Positions 1 to 8,981 of a stretch of 64,000 nucleotides of DNA are shown here, piece after piece. The DNA is from a bacterium. GTDB lineage: Bacteria > JADJOY01. Position 1 is the first letter of the stretch; each line of letters opens with the position of its first letter. The stretch spans positions 142,370 through 206,369 of the forward strand of contig JAXLQJ010000002.1 of NCBI GenBank assembly GCA_046331705.1, written 5' to 3'. The notes below the pieces were generated by a model. That model ran no database searches and was not told the origin of the DNA. It was given only the letters and a program-made list of their open reading frames with translations. The translations under genes were made by a program, and so were the position numbers.

Positions 1-64
1 ACGAAACGGCTGAAGAGCCAAGAACCTCGTCGACCTGGACACTTACGCTAGGAGGAGAGAACAC

Positions 65-1780
65 ATGGGATCCAAGGACATTCAGTTTGGGCACGACTCG
101 CGCGCCGCAGTGTTGCGCGGCGTGGCGGTGCTGGCGGAGGCGGTGAAGGCCACGCTGGGGCCGCGCGGTCGCGACGTCGTGATCGAGAAGTCGTGGGGCG
201 CGCCGACGGTGACCAAGGACGGCGTCACGGTCGCGAAGGAAGTCGAGGTCGAGAACAAGTTCGAGAACCTGGGTGCCCAGCTCGTCAAGCAGGTCGCCAG
301 CAAGACCAACGACGACGCCGGTGACGGCACCACCACCGCGACGGTGCTGGCCGAGGCGATCTTCCGCGAAGGCCTGAAGATCATCGCCGCCGGCGCCAAC
401 GCGATGGACGTGAAGCGCGGCATCGACAAGGCCGTGGAGACGGCGGTCGCCGAGCTGCGCAAGATCTCGAAGCCCACCAAGGATCCGAAGGAGATCGCGC
501 AGGTCGGCACCATCTCGGCGAACAACGACCCCGAGATCGGCAAGATGATCTCGCGAGCGATGGAAAAGGTCGGCAAGGAAGGCGTCATCACCGTGGAAGA
601 GGCGAAGGGCCTCGAGACCACGCTGGACGTCGTCGAGGGTATGCAGTTCGACCGCGGCTACCTCTCGTCGTACTTCGTGACCGATCCGGACAGCATGCAG
701 TGCGTGCTCTCGAACGCGTTCATCCTGATTCACGAGAAGAAGATCTCGAACATGAAGGAGTTCCTGCCGCTGCTCGAGCAGATCGCGAAGCTCGGGAAGC
801 CCTTGGTGGTGATCGCCGAGGACGTGGACGGCGAGGCGCTCGCGACGCTGGTGGTCAACAAGATCCGCGGCACGCTGCAGATCGCGGCGGTGAAGGCGCC
901 GGGCTTCGGCGATCGCCGCAAGGCCATGCTCCAGGACATCGCGATCCTCACCGGCGGCAACGTCATCGCCGAAGAGCTCGGGCTCAAGCTCGAGAACGTC
1001 ACCGTGCAGGATCTCGGACGCGCCAAGACCATCAAGATCGACAAGGACAACACCACGATCGTCGGCGGCGCCGGCAGCCGGGACGCCATCGAAGGCCGGC
1101 TCGCCCAGATCCGCATGCAGATCCAGGAGACCACCTCGGACTACGACCGCGAGAAGCTCCAGGAGCGCCTCGCGAAGCTGGTCGGCGGTGTCGCCGTGAT
1201 CCACGTCGGCGCGCCCACCGAGATGGAAATGAAGGAGAAGAAGGCGCGCGTCGAGGACGCCCTCAACGCAACCCGCGCGGCGATCGAAGAAGGCATCGTT
1301 CCGGGCGGCGGCGTCGCCCTGATCCGCTGCATCGCCGCGGTCAAGAAGCTCAAGCTCGATGGCGATCAGCACTACGGCGTGGACATCCTCGCCAAGGCCA
1401 TCGAGGAACCGGCGCGCGCCATCGCGCGCAACGCCGGTGCCGACGCGCCGGTGGTGGTCGAGAACATCAAGAACGAGAAGGGCGGCTACGGCTACAACGC
1501 GCTCAAGGAGAAGTACGAGGACCTCGTCGAAGCCGGCGTGATCGACCCGGCGAAGGTGGTCCGCGCGGCGCTCCAGAACGCCGCGAGCGTGGCCGGATTG
1601 CTGCTCACCACCGAGGTGACGGTCGTCGAGAAGCCGGAACCGGCGAAGGGCGGCGGTCACGCCGGCCATGGTCACGGTCACGGCGGCATGGGCGGTATGG
1701 GTGGCATGGGAGGAATGGGCGGCATGGGAGGAATGGGCGGTATGGGTGGCATGGGCGGAATGGACGACATGGACTTCTGA
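65..1780 (+). CDS. groEL: Chaperonin GroEL (Cpn60)
   Basis: Motifs [46 protein letters not shown] tail; RBS GGAGGA at 51-56. Confidence 0.99.
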   Translation: MGSKDIQFGHDSRAAVLRGVAVLAEAVKATLGPRGRDVVIEKSWGAPTVTKDGVTVAKEVEVENKFENLGAQLVKQVASKTNDDAGDGTTTATVLAEAIFREGLKIIAAGANAMDVKRGIDKAVETAVAELRKISKPTKDPKEIAQVGTISANNDPEIGKMISRAMEKVGKEGVITVEEAKGLETTLDVVEGMQFDRGYLSSYFVTDPDSMQCVLSNAFILIHEKKISNMKEFLPLLEQIAKLGKPLVVIAEDVDGEALATLVVNKIRGTLQIAAVKAPGFGDRRKAMLQDIAILTGGNVIAEELGLKLENVTVQDLGRAKTIKIDKDNTTIVGGAGSRDAIEGRLAQIRMQIQETTSDYDREKLQERLAKLVGGVAVIHVGAPTEMEMKEKKARVEDALNATRAAIEEGIVPGGGVALIRCIAAVKKLKLDGDQHYGVDILAKAIEEPARAIARNAGADAPVVVENIKNEKGGYGYNALKEKYEDLVEAGVIDPAKVVRAALQNAASVAGLLLTTEVTVVEKPEPAKGGGHAGHGHGHGGMGGMGGMGGMGGMGGMGGMGGMGGMDDMDF

Positions 1781-1804
1781 TCGTCCCGCTTCCCACCGTC
1801 CCAG

Positions 1805-1838
1805 GAACGGGCGCCTGATCTCGGTCAGGCGCCCGTTC
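1805..1838 (+). terminator. Stem-loop downstream of groEL (likely intrinsic terminator)
   Basis: GAACGGGCGCCTGA-6 nt-TCAGGCGCCCGTTC perfect 14-bp inverted repeat 25 bp after the stop; weak U-tract. Confidence 0.65.
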
Positions 1839-1960
1839 TGCCTCCGGCTCCGTCGCCGAGCAACCGCCAGCCCCATCCGTCACACCCACCCGGCGATGCG
1901 AGTAAGCTGATCGCTTCCGCCAAGCTCGCGCCCCCTCCCCGCGCCCCCGACGACCCGCGC

Positions 1961-2659
1961 ATGCGCCTCTACTGGATCCGCCACGGTGAGATGGAGTTCC
2001 CCCCGGTCTCGGTCATCGAGCACGAGATGATCGACCGCTTCTTCAACGCCGAGCACCAGGGCCCGCTCACGGCGCGGGGCCGCGACGAAGCTCGCCGTGT
2101 GGCGAGCCACCTCACCAAGATCGGGGTCGACGCGATCTACGCGAGCCCGCTGGTGCGCGCGCGAGAAACCGCGGACTTCACCGCGAACGCGCTCGCGCTG
2201 CCAGTCCGCGAGAACGAGGACATCGCCGAGATCCGTTGCGGACGGCTCGGCAGCGCATCGCGCGCCGCCCCGTTTCTCAAGGCGGCGCAACGCCTACCCG
2301 TGCCCGAGCGCGCGCGCGCGGCGCTGGTGGGAAGCGTGCTGCTACCCATCTACTGGACGCGCTGGCTGCGCGACGAGACGGAAGGCGGCGAGAGCCCGAT
2401 GAACGTGGTGGAGCGATTGGTGCGGTTCTTGGGCCACCTGCGCGCCAGCCACGGTCCGCGCGACTCGATCGCGATCTTCTCGCACGGCTACCTGATCTAC
2501 TTCTTCGCGAACTTCCTCGCCGATCCGGCGGCGCGCATCCGCAACTCCGTCCGGCGACCGTACATCCGCAACGGCTCGATCACGCAGGTCGAGGTCCACG
2601 CCTCGGGCCGCTACCAGATCATCGATTACGCGGAGCACGCGCACTTGCGCGCGCCGTGA
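1961..2659 (+). CDS. Histidine phosphatase (phosphoglycerate mutase-like) family protein
   Basis: N-terminal RHG, ASPLVRARETA, GGES, FSHG motifs. Confidence 0.9.
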   Translation: MRLYWIRHGEMEFPPVSVIEHEMIDRFFNAEHQGPLTARGRDEARRVASHLTKIGVDAIYASPLVRARETADFTANALALPVRENEDIAEIRCGRLGSASRAAPFLKAAQRLPVPERARAALVGSVLLPIYWTRWLRDETEGGESPMNVVERLVRFLGHLRASHGPRDSIAIFSHGYLIYFFANFLADPAARIRNSVRRPYIRNGSITQVEVHASGRYQIIDYAEHAHLRAP

Positions 2660-2695
2660 GCGCTCGCCTGCGATTTACGCGAGCGCGAGCGCAGC

Positions 2696-3205
2696 TCAGA
2701 GCCTGAACGTCAGCTCGGTCACGTGCGTCGCCGTGAGCGGCGCGTCGAGCGGCGCCGCCGCGAGCGTGGCCAGCTCGACCAGCACGCCGTGAAGTCGCGC
2801 GAAGTCGACCTCGACGGCGGGCGTCTCCTCGAACAGCGCCAGCGCCTCGAGCGCCCGATCGATGGCCTCGCCGAACTGCCTCGCGGCATCGACGCGCGCG
2901 GCGACGATCGCGTGCCCGCCCTGCTCGCTCGCCAGCGCGGCCAGCCGCTCGTCGGCGATCGAGACGCCCAAGCCGTCGTTGAGATCGCGCAACCGGCTGG
3001 TGAGCTCGGCCATGCGTCGCTTGGCGGGCGTCGCGCCGCCGTCCCCGACCAGGTGGAGACCACGCGGACCGACACGCACCACGCCTGCCAACACCACGGC
3101 GTCGCCGTCGATCGCGAACGAGCTCGCGACCTCCGCCCGAAGCTCCTCGCGGCGGCCGTGCAGGTCCACCGTTTCCTCTTGCTCGACGTGCCGGATTGGA
3201 TCCAA
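2696..3205 (-). CDS. Hypothetical protein
   Basis: Protein-like composition, GGAGA RBS upstream, fills the gap between genes. Confidence 0.6.
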   Translation of the reverse strand: MDPIRHVEQEETVDLHGRREELRAEVASSFAIDGDAVVLAGVVRVGPRGLHLVGDGGATPAKRRMAELTSRLRDLNDGLGVSIADERLAALASEQGGHAIVAARVDAARQFGEAIDRALEALALFEETPAVEVDFARLHGVLVELATLAAAPLDAPLTATHVTELTFRL

Positions 3206-3254
3206 CGAGGTCTCTCCTGGGACTACGAGGGGTCGCGCGGAGCTTCGATTCGGT

Positions 3255-3956
3255 TCAGTGCGTGTCGGAGGGCCAGTTCTTCTGGACGCCGCCCGCCTTC
3301 CACGTCATGTGGTCGAGCGCGATGCCGTCGGCGAACGAGACCTTCCCCTGCCCTTCACAGACCTGAACCGACTTCGTGCCCTTCGGCAGCTCGGCGACCG
3401 TGACCACCCGCTGACCGATGTAGACGTTGCTGGTGTAGAGCGCGAACGCGGCGCGCAGATCCGTGAGCGTGCCGTCGCCACGGTTGTCGAGGTCCACGGC
3501 GAGGCAGTCCTTCTCCTTGATCACGTTCCCGGTCACGCCGATCACCACGCGGTCGGCACCCTCGATCGGCAAGAACTGGTCGCCGAGACCGACCTGCACG
3601 GGCTCGGCGGAGCGCAGCAGCGAGGCATCCCAGGCGGCCTTGCTGCCGGCGCCGAAGCCGCGCGAGCGACGCAGCGACCCGTGGGTCTCCACCTTCTTGT
3701 CGGGTGCGGTGCCGATGTAGATCAGCTCGCGGCCGTTGACCACCGGCACGTTGTAGTAGACGCCGCGCTCGTCGACCCACTGGTAATCCTTGGGGGGCGG
3801 CGACGTGCCGACGCTCAGCTTCCCGGCGGCATCCACCCACTTGTACATCTTCGCGTGCGCGACGTTCGCGAGCGCGACGCACGCCACCACGAGCAAGAGA
3901 CTACCGGCGGCGCGCAGAAAACGAGCACCCGCCGTCGACGTTCGCTGATCGGCCAC
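3255..3956 (-). CDS. Secreted protein with DUF4124-like N-terminus
   Basis: Signal peptide ending AHA, then KMYKWVDAAG and a repeated YQWVDERG; GTG start with GGAGGTG RBS. Confidence 0.7.
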   Translation of the reverse strand: MADQRTSTAGARFLRAAGSLLLVVACVALANVAHAKMYKWVDAAGKLSVGTSPPPKDYQWVDERGVYYNVPVVNGRELIYIGTAPDKKVETHGSLRRSRGFGAGSKAAWDASLLRSAEPVQVGLGDQFLPIEGADRVVIGVTGNVIKEKDCLAVDLDNRGDGTLTDLRAAFALYTSNVYIGQRVVTVAELPKGTKSVQVCEGQGKVSFADGIALDHMTWKAGGVQKNWPSDTH

Positions 3957-4041
3957 GCAGCACCTCCGCGGCAACGACGCGGTCGACTCACCATCGGACC
4001 CGTCGGAGCGGCGCGAGCATAGTTGCATCGGTTTCAGGGGG

Positions 4042-4632
4042 TCAACGCGAGGTGGGCGCGTGCGCCGGTCCGCGACGGTGGACGAACACCGTGCCGGGCC
4101 CCCACGAGAAATCGAGCACGTCCATCCATTCGAGCGCGAGGCCACGCACCCGCGGCGGCTGGGTCACGGTGACCACGCGCGCCCCCAGCTCGAGCTCGCC
4201 GCATTTCTCGTCGAAGCGCGCGAGCGTCGCCTCGTCGAAGGTGGTGGTCGCGCAGTACACCACCGCGGCCTCGCGCCACGACACGTCGAAGAAATCCGCC
4301 GCGCGGAACTCGCAGCGCTCGAGCCCGAACCCGCGGGCGATCGCGTTCGCGCGCGTGACGAACGACGGGACGAGCTCGATCCCGATGGCGCGACAGCCCG
4401 TCAGCCGCGCCGCGAACAACGCGAAGCGTCCGGTGCCCGAGCCGAGCTCCACGAACGTGTCCGCCGCCGCGAGGTTCACCCGGGTGAGGATCGTGTGGAT
4501 CGCCGGCCACGGCGTCTCCCCGTAAGCGAGGCTCACGCCGCGGGCACCGCCGCCCGGGCGCTCGGCGAGCGACGTCGTGAACGCCCGCCCCAGCGCCCAG
4601 GAGCGTGCGAGCGCGAGGTCGATCCGCCACAA
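4042..4632 (-). CDS. Class I SAM-dependent methyltransferase (DOT1-like); start uncertain
   Basis: YGETP, FVELGSGTGR and GIEL motifs; TTG start at 4632 is a guess. Confidence 0.75.
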   Translation of the reverse strand: MWRIDLALARSWALGRAFTTSLAERPGGGARGVSLAYGETPWPAIHTILTRVNLAAADTFVELGSGTGRFALFAARLTGCRAIGIELVPSFVTRANAIARGFGLERCEFRAADFFDVSWREAAVVYCATTTFDEATLARFDEKCGELELGARVVTVTQPPRVRGLALEWMDVLDFSWGPGTVFVHRRGPAHAPTSR

Positions 4633-4661
4633 CCCGTGACGCCAGTACAGGGAGCGCGCGC

Positions 4662-5486
4662 TCAGTCCATGCCCTCTTCTGCCGCGGGCTCGGCGGCCGG
4701 CGGCGCAGGCTCGGGTGGCGCGACGGCGGCCGGCGGCGGAGCCGGCTCGGCGGGCTGCGCCGTTGGCGGCGCACCGCCTTTCTTCCCCTTCTTCGCTGGC
4801 GCCTTGGCGGGGGCCGCCGGCTTCGCACCGCCCTTCGCACCGGCGGACGGCGAGCTCGGGGCGCCGCTCGGCGGCGGCGCCGCCGCCGCATCCGCCTTGG
4901 CCCGCCCGGTGTTGCCCACCACCTGCGCGCGCGGCATCAGCGGGAGCGGATCGATCTGCGCGCCACCACGCAAGATCTCGAAGTGCAGGTGGGTCCCCGT
5001 CGAACGCCCGGTGGAGCCGAATCGTCCGATCACGTCGCCTTGCTTCACCTCGGATCCCGCGGAGACGTGGCGCCACACCATGTGCGCGTAGCGCGTCGAG
5101 TAGCCGTTCGGATGCTTGATCTCGATCCACTCGCCGTAGGTCTCGCTGGTCTGGCTCAGCGTCACCACGCCGTCCGCGGCGGCGAACACCGGGCCGATCA
5201 GATACTCGCCCTCGAAGTCGATGCCTTTGTGCATGCGGGTGGTCCCGAGCAACGCGCGCATGCCGAACGTGGACGTGATCCGGCCATTGGCGGGCAGACG
5301 AAAGCCCGCCGACGACACCTCCGGCGGTGCCGACTGGATCGGGATGTAGCGGTTGAGGACCGTGCAGCCCGAGACGGCGCACAGCAGCGCAGCGACCAGC
5401 AGCCCACCCGCGCGATGCCCCCACCGCGCTGACGCTTGGGATTCGCGCCCGATGCGGGGGCCGCCACGACCGGTGCTGGGGATCAT
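4662..5486 (-). CDS. M23 family metallopeptidase, probable lipoprotein, Pro/Ala-rich tail
   Basis: HKGID, YAHM, GSTGRSTGTHLHFE motifs; AVSGC lipobox; start uncertain. Confidence 0.9.
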   Translation of the reverse strand: MIPSTGRGGPRIGRESQASARWGHRAGGLLVAALLCAVSGCTVLNRYIPIQSAPPEVSSAGFRLPANGRITSTFGMRALLGTTRMHKGIDFEGEYLIGPVFAAADGVVTLSQTSETYGEWIEIKHPNGYSTRYAHMVWRHVSAGSEVKQGDVIGRFGSTGRSTGTHLHFEILRGGAQIDPLPLMPRAQVVGNTGRAKADAAAAPPPSGAPSSPSAGAKGGAKPAAPAKAPAKKGKKGGAPPTAQPAEPAPPPAAVAPPEPAPPAAEPAAEEGMD

Positions 5487-5611
5487 CGCTCGATGCGATA
5501 GGATCGCAATCCGCTCGCCGCGGGTACGGCACCTCGTCCCGCAGCGCGGCTCATCATGCAACTTCCACGGCGTAGCCGACAACCTCGAGAGACCGCGAGA
5601 TCATTGCCCGC

Positions 5612-6553
5612 GTGAACGTGCTGCTCATCGGCGGAAGCGGGTTCATCGGCTCGCACCTCAAGGACCAGCTGCTGGCCGCGGGCCACCGCGTGCGTTCGTT
5701 GGACCGGGTGCCGGAGCGGTTCCGCCCCGATCCGCCCGAGGTCGAGCACCTATACGGCGAGGTCGGCAACGAGGCGCTCCTCGACGTCGCGCTCGCGGGG
5801 ATCGACGCCGTCCTTCATCTCGCGTGGTGCACGGTTCCCAAGAGCGCCGAGGACGATCCCACCTTCGACATCCGCTCGAACCTGGAGCTCACCACCGAGA
5901 TCCTGAAAGGCGTGCTGCGGCACCGCGTCCCGCACATGGTGTTCTTCTCCTCGGGCGGCACGGTCTATGGCCCCACCTCGCGGGCGCCGATCCCCGAGTC
6001 CCACCCCACCCAGCCGATCTCCACGTACGGCGTCACCAAGCTCGCCGCCGAGAAATACGTCGCGGTGTTCGCTCGGCGTCACGGCTTTCGCGCGACGATC
6101 CTGCGCAGCTCGAATCCGTACGGTGAGCGCCAGGACCCGCGCGCGGCGCAAGGCGCCATCACGGTCTTCCTCCACCGCGCGGCGATCGGCGAGCCGATTC
6201 GCATCTGGGGGGACGGCGAGGTCGTGCGCGATTACGTCCATGTCCGGGATCTCGCGAGCGGCGTGCTCGGCAGCCTCGAGCCGGACGACCAGCCGGTGCG
6301 CGTGTTCAACCTCGGCGCCGGCGTGGGCGCCAGCCTGAACGAGATCGTCGCTCACGTGCGCGCGGCATCCGGCCGCGACGTGCGCGTCGTCCACGAGCCC
6401 GCGCGGCCGGTCGACGTCCCCTGGAACGTCCTCGACGTCAGCGCCGCCGCCCGCTGCTTCGGCTACGCGCCGCGGGTGTCGCTGGCGCAGGGGATCGAGC
6501 GCACCTGGCGCTGGATCTCGGAGCTCGAGCTGCGCTCGCCCGCGGGCGGATGA
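5612..6553 (+). CDS. NAD-dependent epimerase/dehydratase (GalE-like)
   Basis: GGSGFIG, SSGGTVYG, YGVTK, RDYVHV. Confidence 0.93.
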   Translation: MNVLLIGGSGFIGSHLKDQLLAAGHRVRSLDRVPERFRPDPPEVEHLYGEVGNEALLDVALAGIDAVLHLAWCTVPKSAEDDPTFDIRSNLELTTEILKGVLRHRVPHMVFFSSGGTVYGPTSRAPIPESHPTQPISTYGVTKLAAEKYVAVFARRHGFRATILRSSNPYGERQDPRAAQGAITVFLHRAAIGEPIRIWGDGEVVRDYVHVRDLASGVLGSLEPDDQPVRVFNLGAGVGASLNEIVAHVRAASGRDVRVVHEPARPVDVPWNVLDVSAAARCFGYAPRVSLAQGIERTWRWISELELRSPAGG

Positions 6554-7092
6554 TGCGCGGCCCGGTCTTCCTCGATCGCGACGGCGTCATCAATCGTCGC
6601 CGGGTCGGCGACTGGGTGCGCCGCCCCGAGCAGCTCGAGCCGCTGCCCGGCGCGCTCGCCGCCATCGCGCGGCTCACCGCGCACGGGCTCACGCCCGTGG
6701 TGGTCACCAATCAATCCGGGATCGGGCGCGGCGTGATGAGCTGGGCGGACCTCGAGAGCGTGCACGCGCACCTGCGAGAGCTCGTCGCGCGAGCCGGCGG
6801 CGAGATCCGCGCGATCTACGTCTGCCCGCACGCGCCGAACGAGGGCTGTGCTTGTCGGAAGCCCGGGCTCGCGCTCTTCGAGCGGGCCGCGACCGAGCTG
6901 GGGCTCGACCTGCGTGCCGCCACCATGATCGGCGATGCCGCTTCCGACATCGCGGCGGCGCGGGCCGGCTCGTTCGCGCGCGCCTTGCTGGTGACCGATC
7001 CCGTGGATGGGTATCCGCGCGACGCACCGGCGCCGGATCGCGAGTTCGTGTCGCTCGCCGACGCCGTCGAGTACGTGCTCGCGCTCGACTGA
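6550..7092 (+). CDS. gmhB: D-glycero-D-manno-heptose 1,7-bisphosphate phosphatase (HAD-IIIA)
   Basis: FLDRDGVIN, VTNQSG, CPH...CACRKPG, MIGD; ATGA overlap with upstream gene. Confidence 0.85.
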   Translation: MMRGPVFLDRDGVINRRRVGDWVRRPEQLEPLPGALAAIARLTAHGLTPVVVTNQSGIGRGVMSWADLESVHAHLRELVARAGGEIRAIYVCPHAPNEGCACRKPGLALFERAATELGLDLRAATMIGDAASDIAAARAGSFARALLVTDPVDGYPRDAPAPDREFVSLADAVEYVLALD

Positions 7093-7275
7093 CGCGTTGC
7101 CGCGGGCGATCGTCTCGCCGTCTCATCGCCGAGACACGCATCGGCGGGACACGGCGCCGATGCGTCCACGCACTGAGACGCCGCCCGCGACGAGGGCCGC
7201 GGATCGCGCGCGCCCGAGCTCGCTTTGTGCTTGCGTTGCGGGGAGTTGCAGCATCGCGCCGGGCGCGCGGCGCGC

Positions 7276-7290
7276 TGGCATCCGCGTTGC
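7276..7290 (+). promoter_or_regulatory. Sigma54 (-24/-12) promoter candidate
   Basis: TGGCAT-N5-TTGC, about 40 bp upstream of the ORF at 7333. Confidence 0.6.
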
Positions 7291-7332
7291 CTTGAGAAGG
7301 GGTCACCACCCCGCAGCCAAGGAGGCGACGCC

Positions 7333-7512
7333 ATGTACCAGGTCGAGCTGAAAGACGGTCGGATCCTCTCGATGAACGCCCGCGACGTGAAGACCTTCCG
7401 CCCCCTGATCCGCGCCTTCATGCTCGCTCGACCCACGGCCACCGCGAGCGCCCGCGCCGCCGACCACGCGCCGACTCGCCGTCGCCTCGATTCGCGCCAC
7501 CTCGTTCACTGA
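7333..7512 (+). CDS. Small hypothetical protein (59 aa)
   Basis: Strong AAGGAGG RBS 7 nt before ATG; sigma54 site upstream. Confidence 0.65.
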   Translation: MYQVELKDGRILSMNARDVKTFRPLIRAFMLARPTATASARAADHAPTRRRLDSRHLVH

Positions 7513-7616
7513 CGCAGCGTCACTCTCGCTCGGCGCGAAATCGGTTCGCGTCGAGCGTCTCGAGCTCGAGCCGGGCGTCGCCGCTTCGCGCGCGCCGCTC
7601 CACCGGAGGTAGCCCG

Positions 7617-8135
7617 ATGTCCATCGTTCACTGGTTCAACCGTCCCGTGCTCGCGCCTCTCGCCGCAGCCGGGCTCGCCCTCGGCGCCGCAGGCTGCGGC
7701 GGAGACGACCACGCCGCCGGCAGCCGAGTCCCCGATCTGACGCGCGACTTCGGCAACGTCGCCTACGACTTCGTCACCCAGCAGAGCGACGGCGGCATCA
7801 CCGAGATCGTGCTCCATTCCGACGGCCGCCGCGCGGTGATGCTGATCCTGAAGGACGGCACGATCGATCGAGCGCAATCGGCGCGGATCGTGGGCACGGT
7901 TCGCGACGCGGCGACGCTGCAAGCGGACGACGGCCAGGTGAACGTCGACGGCAACACGACCTTCGCCGACAACGACGTGGTCCCCGCCCACGGCTTCATC
8001 GTCGTGGCGGACGGAGAGATCGCGACGACCGAGCTCGAGATCGGCAGCGTCGCGACCCTCAGCTACAGCTTCCGCGCCGTGCTCAGCGGCACCGAGGACG
8101 CGAGCACGCTCGGATCGCTCCTCGATCCGGGCTGA
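7617..8135 (+). CDS. Putative lipoprotein
   Basis: GGAGGT RBS; hydrophobic signal with AAGC lipobox; beta-rich body. Confidence 0.7.
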   Translation: MSIVHWFNRPVLAPLAAAGLALGAAGCGGDDHAAGSRVPDLTRDFGNVAYDFVTQQSDGGITEIVLHSDGRRAVMLILKDGTIDRAQSARIVGTVRDAATLQADDGQVNVDGNTTFADNDVVPAHGFIVVADGEIATTELEIGSVATLSYSFRAVLSGTEDASTLGSLLDPG

Positions 8136-8220
8136 GCCGCGCACGCGCCGCGCATCGCCCCGCCCCCGCTGGCGTGCGAGCCGCCGCGCCGGCGGCGCCG
8201 GGGCGACCGCGCCGGCGCGG

Positions 8221-8823
8221 CTACCGCCGCGGCGCCTCGAGTGTCGCCTCGTCGGCGATCAACGGGGATCCCGTCCCGCCCAGCACGATTCCCGGCAACG
8301 CGAGCCAGCGTACGTCGTCGGGCACCATCTCCGGCGAGCCTGGACCTCCCGCTAGCGGATAGTCGTCGGAGACGCGCTGATTGCCCAGCCGGTCCTGGAT
8401 GCGCACCCGGATGCTCGCGAACCCGCTGACCGGCGGCAATCGCTCGGAGAACCAGATCTCCGTCCGCGCCCAGTGGAACGGCCACAGGATTCCCTGTCCG
8501 ATCGACTCCTCGATGCGATCCGGCAGCGTGAGATAGCGCCCGTCCTCGGTCACCAGATCGAGCGCGGGTGGACCGACGAGCTGCCCGAATCCGCGCCGAA
8601 ACGGCCCGAACGTGCCGCGCAGCGTGCCGTAGACGACCACGCCCTTGTCGGGAAGCAGCTGCACCGCCTTGACGCTTGCCGAAAGCGGCGGCGGCCTCCC
8701 CGCCGAGGCCACGATGGTCGCCAGCGCCAGCACCACGAATGCCGCGGTCAGCGAGTTCGCGACACGGATCGCGCGGCGCAGCGGGGAGCGGGCGCGACGT
8801 GCGCCAGTCGTCGGCATGGGCAC
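8221..8823 (-). CDS. Hypothetical membrane-anchored/secreted protein
   Basis: N-terminal hydrophobic helix followed by a globular-looking domain. Confidence 0.55.
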   Translation of the reverse strand: MPMPTTGARRARSPLRRAIRVANSLTAAFVVLALATIVASAGRPPPLSASVKAVQLLPDKGVVVYGTLRGTFGPFRRGFGQLVGPPALDLVTEDGRYLTLPDRIEESIGQGILWPFHWARTEIWFSERLPPVSGFASIRVRIQDRLGNQRVSDDYPLAGGPGSPEMVPDDVRWLALPGIVLGGTGSPLIADEATLEAPRR

Positions 8824-8981
8824 ACCTTCGCTCGACGTCGGCGCGCATGGCGAGAGGGCCGGACGCCCGGACGCGTCGCGACGCGGGCGCGCCGGCTCGC
8901 CTCGCGAAAGGGCGGATGTGCGAGAATTCGCCGCGCTACCGGGTTCGGCCCGGGTCGCGCGCGAGGGACGAGGGCGAACAC

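Noticed and set aside
1-64. Apparent absence of groES
   Set aside because: Only 64 bp upstream are visible, so it cannot be judged.
1682-1762. 9-bp tandem repeat
   Set aside because: It encodes the GroEL GGM tail with synonymous variation and is not an independent repeat element.
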